From contig CAZEBC010000138.1 of NCBI GenBank assembly GCA_964510165.1, forward strand, positions 1-10,892: 10,892 bases of DNA. Direction: 5' to 3'. Positions 6,864-10,892 of this stretch are shown here, piece by piece (positions within the stretch are counted from its first letter, which is position 1; the number at the start of each line of letters is the position of its first letter). A program made the position numbers and the translations under genes. The DNA is from an uncultured bacterium. Lineage in GTDB: Bacteria > Abyssobacteria > SURF-5. Under the pieces are notes generated by a model. It worked only from the letters and a program-made list of their open reading frames with translations. It ran no database searches and was not told the DNA's origin.

Positions 6864-6898
6864 AACCCTAAACCCCGGGAACCCTGAACCCCCATCCC
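6864..6898. repeat. Degenerate heptamer repeat AACCCYN, forming a G-tract cluster on the minus strand
   Basis: AACCCTA AACCCCG gg AACCCTG AACCCCC atCCC. Five C-runs of 3 or more at 6866, 6873, 6882, 6889 and 6896. Confidence 0.6.
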
Positions 6899-6902
6899 AC
6901 AC

Positions 6903-6931
6903 TTGACAAGACTTATATTCTAGATTATAAT
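6903..6931 (+). promoter_or_regulatory. Perfect consensus sigma70 promoter of tetR, probably giving a leaderless transcript
   Basis: TTGACA (6903-6908), 17 nt, TATAAT (6926-6931). The ATG begins at 6938 with no Shine-Dalgarno sequence. Confidence 0.85.
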
Positions 6932-6937
6932 TCTACC

Positions 6938-7555
6938 ATGCCGAACACAAAACATACAAAACACTCGCATACCGCCGCGCGACGCACTCAGATCATCCGG
7001 GCGGCGCTCGCATGCTTCGCCGACACCGGCTTCACACAAACCACCATGGAAGACATCCGCTCTCGCTCCGGCGCAAGCAACGGAAGCATCTACCATCATT
7101 TCAGGGACAAGGAGGCGCTTGCGGCTGCGGTGTACCTGCAGGGAATCAGCGACTACCAAAAAGGCCTATTGGCGAAACTCAGGTGCCACCCCGACGCCCG
7201 GGCCGGCATCCGCGCCATCGTGAGTTACCACCTCGCTTGGATAAGAAAACACCCCGACTGGGCTCGCTTCCTCTTGGAAATGCGTCACGCCGAATTTATG
7301 GCAGGCGCAGAACAAGCCATTACGGTTCAGAATCGCGCATTCATGACCGAAGTCATGAAATGGCTCAAGCCGCGCGTCGCCACCGGAGTGCTCCGACAAG
7401 TTCCCGCCGAAATGCTTGTCTCAATCATTTTCGGGCCGTGCCAGGAATACGCGAGGCTCTGGCTCGCCGGACAAGCGCGCACCAAGCTCCTCGATGCAAT
7501 CAACGAGTTGTCCCGCGCAATCTGGCTTGCGCTCGGCGGAAAAGAAGAAACGTAA
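6938..7555 (+). CDS. TetR/AcrR family transcriptional regulator
   Basis: 205 aa with N-terminal HTH RTQIIRAALACFADTGFTQTTMEDIRSRSGASNGSIYHHFRDKEAL. Confidence 0.95.
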   Translation: MPNTKHTKHSHTAARRTQIIRAALACFADTGFTQTTMEDIRSRSGASNGSIYHHFRDKEALAAAVYLQGISDYQKGLLAKLRCHPDARAGIRAIVSYHLAWIRKHPDWARFLLEMRHAEFMAGAEQAITVQNRAFMTEVMKWLKPRVATGVLRQVPAEMLVSIIFGPCQEYARLWLAGQARTKLLDAINELSRAIWLALGGKEET

Positions 7556-7585
7556 ACAAACAACAAGAAAGCGGAGGGAAAAACC

Positions 7586-7972
7586 ATGGACGAGAAACGC
7601 ATGTATCAATTGGCCGAACAGTTTCTGGGCGCGTGGAACACACAGGACGTCAATCGCGTCGTCGCCGTGTACACCGATGACGTCACTTATGTCGACCCAA
7701 ATACCCGCGGACCGGTCAAAGGCTCTGACGCGCTTCGCCGGTATCTTACCAAGCTCTTCGGGCACTGGAAGATGCACTGGAGTCTGCGCGAAGCTTACCT
7801 CTTCGATGACAGAAACGGCTGCGCCGTCCTGTGGCATGCCACGTTTCAGAAACCCGACGGCGGCCCCATCGTCGAAGCCGACGGCATGGACTTCGTCCGC
7901 GTCCGTGACGACCGCATCGAACGCAACGAGGTCCACTTCGACCGCGCCGTCCTCGCCCCGCTCATGGGGTAG
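7586..7972 (+). CDS. SnoaL-like / NTF2-family protein
   Basis: 128 aa with AWNTQD......YTDDVTYVDP....VKG.DALRRY and GMDFVRVRDDRIERNEVHFD. GGAGG RBS. Confidence 0.88.
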   Translation: MDEKRMYQLAEQFLGAWNTQDVNRVVAVYTDDVTYVDPNTRGPVKGSDALRRYLTKLFGHWKMHWSLREAYLFDDRNGCAVLWHATFQKPDGGPIVEADGMDFVRVRDDRIERNEVHFDRAVLAPLMG

Positions 7973-8012
7973 CTTCACCACTCCGACCCGTGGAATATGA
8001 AAGGAGATAGCA

Positions 8013-8432
8013 ATGTCGAATGAAAAGTCTCTCGATGTCTTCAAGGGTATGCTCGGATACAGCGACTCGGAATTCGAACAATGGAAAGCCGTTCCTCGCA
8101 ACGTCCAAGTGGCCGAACGAATGCCCGACTTCGCGCGCTACCGCGTCGTCGTGGAAGTCCTTAAATCGCATGGCTGCGTGATGAACCATAAGCCGGGTGA
8201 CAAGTTTTACTTCACCGGCAGCGGAGCGCTTCTGTGCAGCGAAGGACCGCCCCATATCTGCGCGGGCGCGCTCGCTCCCGTGATGACATTCGCCCTCAGA
8301 GTTCTTGACAAGATAGGTGCCGGTCTCGATCCCACAAGGTACGCCTTCAATCGCGTGCGCTGCGTTGATGTCGGGCTCGACAACGGCGGCTGGGGCGAAA
8401 TCCTTATGGAGATCAGAGTGGAAAACGAGTAA
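8013..8432 (+). CDS. TIGR04076-like small Cys-containing protein
   Basis: 139 aa, AAAGGAG RBS. Pattern VVVEVLKSHGCVMNHKPGDKFYF...HICAGALAP...RCVD...GEILMEIRVE resembles TIGR04076, with a roughly 40-aa N-terminal extension. Confidence 0.65.
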   Translation: MSNEKSLDVFKGMLGYSDSEFEQWKAVPRNVQVAERMPDFARYRVVVEVLKSHGCVMNHKPGDKFYFTGSGALLCSEGPPHICAGALAPVMTFALRVLDKIGAGLDPTRYAFNRVRCVDVGLDNGGWGEILMEIRVENE

Positions 8433-8480
8433 GCCGAATACTCTCGATTTTCTTAGATAACATCTATGGTACGCGCGGAG

Positions 8481-9527
8481 TCATTTGCAGGCGAATCCCA
8501 AGTGTTCCGCGTAACCTGAGCCTTCTACTTCTCCCGACGGCATGCGTGCGCCCGTCATGCGCCCGCGATAGTCGAAGCCGTACAGGAATCCTTCGCCGAA
8601 GATAGGCATGGGTTTCGTTGCGCGCTCCGCTTCGTACACAAACTCGGCGGCCTCGGCGCGTTGTGTTCCCACCCACCGCCGCGGAACACGGATTGGACGG
8701 CCCCCGTAATTGTCGAAAACTTCCCAGTCAAGAACCCTGCATTCATAGTGACGCATGAAGAGAGCAGGCTCTCTCCCCCGCCGGATCAGTCCCAGGTTCT
8801 TGAGCTTCAGTTTGGCCGGCCCTTCGGTCCAAAGTGAAAGGGCGAAATCGCCGCCGGGCAAGCGCAGCGCCTCGTAACGAAAAACTTTCAGAGGCGTGCG
8901 CAGGGGGAGCATATTCCTGCCCCAACCGTGGTCATGAAGCGCAGCAGCCAAGAGCGAACCGCGCGCTTCTTTCCATCGCCACTCGAGACGGCAATCGCAA
9001 AACGAGGTGTAGTGACAATAAATTCGCGGAGAGTACGCCCACCAGTGAAACCCCGGCCATGAATCAAGCCGCATGGAGAGCTCGAGATCAGCCTCCGATT
9101 GCGCATACCGGATATGGTACTCCGGCCACCGACCTTCAAAGAGAAGGCGCTCGCCGAGCTTGAAAAAAACCGCGTCGGTCCGGTACGACAGGTCCCGGGA
9201 AATGGAGTGATAGCTCTTGTACGTGGCAAGACTGTCTTTACCCTCGAGGCAAAACTGTAGGTCAAACGCATCTTTCGGGTCCAACCCCACCCACTTGTCG
9301 GCCTGGTCAAATGAAATCCCGGTGAGCCCGAGCGTCGCGTTAAGGTTCAGGAACCTGAATGGAGAATCCTCCGGAAACAGAATAATGAGCGTGCGCAGGT
9401 CCCACGGGAATTCCGGAAAGCGGGTGCGGTCTTGATCTCGACCGGGTTGGCCGTTCGGTTCAGTGGACGATCGATCCAGAAGCCCGATAAGCGGCTCAAG
9501 CGCCCGGCTTAAGCGGAACGAAGCCAT
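8481..9527 (-). CDS. Hypothetical aromatic-rich, beta-rich protein, DUF6670 / AttH-CrtC-tocopherol cyclase-like
   Basis: Likely start ATG 9527 (MASFRLSR), 7 nt after the radical SAM stop, giving 348 aa. Segments FPEDSPFRFL, LFEGRWPEYHI, YCHYTSF, ALHDHGWG, VPRRW and VEGSGYAEH recall this fold class. The ORF is solid; the family call is tentative. Confidence 0.7.
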   Translation of the reverse strand: MASFRLSRALEPLIGLLDRSSTEPNGQPGRDQDRTRFPEFPWDLRTLIILFPEDSPFRFLNLNATLGLTGISFDQADKWVGLDPKDAFDLQFCLEGKDSLATYKSYHSISRDLSYRTDAVFFKLGERLLFEGRWPEYHIRYAQSEADLELSMRLDSWPGFHWWAYSPRIYCHYTSFCDCRLEWRWKEARGSLLAAALHDHGWGRNMLPLRTPLKVFRYEALRLPGGDFALSLWTEGPAKLKLKNLGLIRRGREPALFMRHYECRVLDWEVFDNYGGRPIRVPRRWVGTQRAEAAEFVYEAERATKPMPIFGEGFLYGFDYRGRMTGARMPSGEVEGSGYAEHLGFACK

Positions 9528-9534
9528 AAACGAG

Positions 9535-10575
9535 CTATCCCAGCACGATGCCACCCGGCTCAAAAACGCGCATGGGGTCTTCCCACGCGAATGACAGGTC
9601 AACCATCGTGGGCGAGTTGCATGAACAGCATTTCTCCGCGTCTATTCGCAACTGCTTGAACCGCGGCAGTTCCATGATCTCCTTAAGAGGCATGTCCTGG
9701 ATGTTGGCGATCGGCCTGTCAAGATTGAGGCAATCCTCGACGTTTCCGCGGCTGTCAACCATGCACATGCCGAGCTTCGGCAGGTGGCACTTGTAACCCG
9801 GTTTTCCGTCCATGAAGTACTTGAAATAGAGTTCGGAATTCAGGATGGGCGCGCCCCCACGCTTCCTCTCGAGCAGGTAGGCGCACACGCTCTGCACTTC
9901 CGGCAGCGACAGCCCCATGTCGGTCTCCACAAAATGGCTGCCGCGCTCGCCGTGTCGATATTCGGTGATGACGTCGAAGGATATCCGCAAATCCTTGGCT
10001 TTCGCCAGTTGAATGAGGTCGTCGATTTCAGCGGCGATACCCTTCTGGACGCACACATTGAATTGCAGCGACAGTTCGGGATATTTCTTCTTCACCAGCT
10101 CGACACCCCTCATCAGGCGGTCGTACAATCCCGGCAGTCCGCGGATTTCGTCGTGGCGTTCCGGCCTGGCGGAGTCAAGGCTCATCATCAGCATGTCAAT
10201 GTGGGGAAGCGCCTCGTCCATCCGCTCTTCAAGAAACCAGCCCGTCGTGAAAAGAAGAATGGACATGTCGGCCTCTTCTTTGATGAACTTGAGGATTTCG
10301 CCGAGGTCTTTCCGCAAGAACGGCTCCCCTCCCGAGATCGCGGCGGCGAGGAATTCCTCTTCGGCCGCCTGGGCATAGAACCTCTTGATCGCGTCGGTCG
10401 GCACGTCCTCCCAGCCGTTGTGTTTCCACAGGCAGCTTCTGCAATTGCACATGCATTTCTGAGTTATCAGATGGCCTATGATAATCGGCCGCCCGCTGCC
10501 CTCAGCCCTGAGTTCCAGTATCCGGTTGACAAGCCTGCCCATCTTCTCCAACGTCTTTGGACTCATTTCCCTCAT
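9535..10575 (-). CDS. Radical SAM protein with C-terminal Twitch/SPASM-type domain
   Basis: 346 aa, AAAGGAG RBS. CX3CX2C (CMCNCRSC), SGGEPFLRKD, FTTGW, SLDS...HDEIRG, and C-terminal YKC...VDSRGNVEDC...CCSCNSP. Confidence 0.93.
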   Translation of the reverse strand: MREMSPKTLEKMGRLVNRILELRAEGSGRPIIIGHLITQKCMCNCRSCLWKHNGWEDVPTDAIKRFYAQAAEEEFLAAAISGGEPFLRKDLGEILKFIKEEADMSILLFTTGWFLEERMDEALPHIDMLMMSLDSARPERHDEIRGLPGLYDRLMRGVELVKKKYPELSLQFNVCVQKGIAAEIDDLIQLAKAKDLRISFDVITEYRHGERGSHFVETDMGLSLPEVQSVCAYLLERKRGGAPILNSELYFKYFMDGKPGYKCHLPKLGMCMVDSRGNVEDCLNLDRPIANIQDMPLKEIMELPRFKQLRIDAEKCCSCNSPTMVDLSFAWEDPMRVFEPGGIVLG

Positions 10576-10617
10576 GGCCGACTCCTTTGAAAGCGCGGAA
10601 CCTCGGAGAAAAGTGAA

Positions 10618-10892
10618 TCAATCCCAAGCCGATAATGCACAAGTCCTTATACTACCGCAAAATGGGTTTGTCAAGTAGTATGGCCGTCCGGACGCTGTAA
10701 AAGCATTGGAGTCACAAGTTTCGTCCGCGGCGAAGCTGTCGCTGAGGCGGCCATACTTGTTCGCAAGGGGTGTGTCTCTCGGATCATCCTCGATGACGCT
10801 CGCGGAAAAATCCGATCCAATGCGGATTGCTTCCAATTTCTCGATGTCCAAGAGAAACAATATTGACGGCGAGTTGGACCAGGCGATCTTAA
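10618..10892 (-). CDS. Possible C-terminal part of a gene entering from the right edge (no recognisable domain)
   Basis: The frame is open to the edge (KIAWSNSPSILFLLDIEKLEAIRIGSDF...), with gene-like codons in the first two-thirds. The tail overlaps the predicted promoter and other frames are also open. Confidence 0.25.
   Translation of the reverse strand, partial: KIAWSNSPSILFLLDIEKLEAIRIGSDFSASVIEDDPRDTPLANKYGRLSDSFAADETCDSNAFTASGRPYYLTNPFCGSIRTCALSAWD
10646..10674 (-). promoter_or_regulatory. Candidate sigma70 promoter of the radical SAM operon
   Basis: Minus strand: TTGACA (10674-10669), 17 nt, TATAAG (10651-10646), about 70 nt upstream of the ATG. Confidence 0.55.

Noticed and set aside
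8454-8466. Palindrome TAGAT-AAC-ATCTA between convergent genes, resembling the tetR boxes
   Set aside because: The arms are only 5 bp, the spacing differs from the 15-bp boxes, it is not in a promoter, and it is too weak for a terminator.
10576-10892. RiPP precursor peptide for the radical SAM protein
   Set aside because: No short ORF with a convincing RBS and precursor-like composition is visible, and there is no RRE domain or transporter. One outside the window cannot be excluded.
1-10892. CRISPR array, transposase, integrase, tRNA or rRNA
   Set aside because: No regularly spaced 25-40 bp repeats, recombinase or transposase motifs, or recognisable structural RNA signatures were seen by eye.

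Overview
Moderately GC-rich bacterial DNA whose gene content (many Fe-S proteins, a Mo/W enzyme, a radical SAM protein) suggests an anaerobe. In order: a 3'-truncated cupin gene (-, missing from the ORF track), a divergent DUF116 gene, and a Cys-rich 'wHTH-like / CxC / CNCC / 2x[4Fe-4S]' protein gene (+). That gene converges on a three-gene minus-strand operon in which a cytoplasmic Mo/W-bisPGD (DMSO reductase superfamily) catalytic subunit lies between two more paralogues of the same Fe-S family. Next come a divergent operon (apparently leaderless TetR, SnoaL/NTF2-like, TIGR04076-like) and a convergent pair (radical SAM with Twitch/SPASM-type tail, then a DUF6670/AttH-like protein). The best candidate for an undescribed system is the Mo enzyme with its uncharacterised Fe-S partners: it has no DmsB/DmsC-type subunits here and appears to have Glu at the usual Mo-ligand position. 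Several promoters and operator-like palindromes are readable directly. I saw no mobile element, CRISPR array, tRNA or rRNA. Family calls come from motif recognition by eye, not database searches.
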